64,000 bases of DNA from Bacilli bacterium (GTDB lineage Bacteria > Bacillota_I > Bacilli_A > RFN20 > CAG-826): NCBI GenBank assembly GCA_024408295.1, contig JAKSVE010000003.1, positions 2,043 to 66,042 of the forward strand. The letters run 5' to 3'. Positions 63,528 through 64,000 of the stretch are shown one piece after another. The notes under the pieces were generated by a model that saw only the letters and a program-made list of their open reading frames with translations, was not told the origin of the DNA and did not search any database. The translations under genes and the position numbers were made by a program. Numbering within the stretch: the first letter of the stretch is position 1; each line of letters begins with the position of its first letter.

Positions 63528-64000
63528 ATGGAAGCACTAAAGATTCTTAAGAAAATGGCGATGTATCTCATCTACTTCGTCTGCGGATCACTCTTGCTGA
63601 TGCAGGTTGAGAAAATCGCCTTATACAACTACACATACATCGAAGAAGGAGGAGTGAGGACACTCGCTTCATCCTTGCTTGATGGAGTGTATATGCCATT
63701 GATGTTTGCGATGCTGTTCTTAATCGTCATGCTTCTCACTCAATTTGTCATTTTGAGGGAGCAGGAAGACAATGAGAAAAGACTCGCATCGATTGCAAAC
63801 GTAGTCTTCTTTGCGGTTATCATTTTCACCGTTACTTACACCGCGATTTACGGTATTTCGAAGATTAATGCAGACCCAACCCTCCCATCATACGAATACC
63901 TCTTATACCCACTTGTTCCATTAGCCTCAATCGCCATTGCAGAAGAGGCTTTGGCAATAGTTGACTTGATAAAATCAAAAAAGGCTCCAAAAACCGAAGA
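63528..64000 (+). CDS. Hypothetical multi-pass membrane protein; 3' end cut by window edge
   Basis: Absent from the track. ATG at 63528, 1 nt after the upstream stop. Begins MEALKILKKMAMYLIYFVCGSLLLMQ, with at least 4 hydrophobic segments. The frame stays open to 64000. Confidence 0.6.
   Translation, partial: MEALKILKKMAMYLIYFVCGSLLLMQVEKIALYNYTYIEEGGVRTLASSLLDGVYMPLMFAMLFLIVMLLTQFVILREQEDNEKRLASIANVVFFAVIIFTVTYTAIYGISKINADPTLPSYEYLLYPLVPLASIAIAEEALAIVDLIKSKKAPKTE

Noticed and set aside
1-64000. Mobile elements, prophage, CRISPR-Cas, rRNA/tRNA genes and recognisable multi-gene defence systems
   Set aside because: No transposase, integrase, recombinase, Cas or phage structural signatures appear in any long ORF. 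I found no tRNA-like T-loop motif in the intergenic regions and no spaced repeat arrays.

Overview
This 64-kb chromosomal segment comes from a low-GC Bacillota-type bacterium (Erysipelotrichia/Mollicutes-like by gene order) and is centred on the replication origin. The standard genetic code applies: TGA acts as a stop (yaaA/recF ATGA overlap at 44342-44345) and long ORFs stay intact under table 11. The minus-strand arm (1-41034) carries a surface/glycan-active gene block, then lysS, two ABC exporter halves, dusB, ftsH, an S4 protein, mfd and pth. It continues with a flavodoxin-like gene, a lipoprotein phosphatase, a DinJ-macrodomain pair, ispE-rsmA-rnmV-tatD-mnmE, a TM-DUF2188 gene, jag, yidC, rnpA and rpmH. 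A bipartite oriC follows, with DnaA-box clusters on both sides of dnaA and an AT-rich unwinding element before dnaN. The plus-strand arm (41414-64000) carries dnaA-dnaN-yaaA-recF-gyrB-gyrA, serS, a small SRP RNA and tadA. After these come a translationally coupled MacB-type ABC / P-type ATPase / psuG / TetR chain and small accessory genes. I recognised no rRNA, tRNA, CRISPR array, transposase or integrase. Four candidates stand out. (1) A tightly coupled three-gene surface operon (6982-14277) whose first two products share a TasA/camelysin-type G-T-[FY]-A-W-F signal-peptide motif and whose third is a BspA-type LRR protein; it may be a fibre/adhesin module. (2) A leaderless-looking RelB/DinJ antitoxin-like gene coupled to a Zn-type macrodomain ADP-ribose hydrolase, with no ADP-ribosyltransferase nearby. 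(3) A structured, terminator-containing leader of unidentified class upstream of a GNAT acetyltransferase. (4) A 1495-aa permuted GH3 enzyme with a collagen-like stalk and an unusual GCGGS-TM-basic C-terminal anchor. All calls rest on reading the sequence and the supplied ORF translations; no database search was run.
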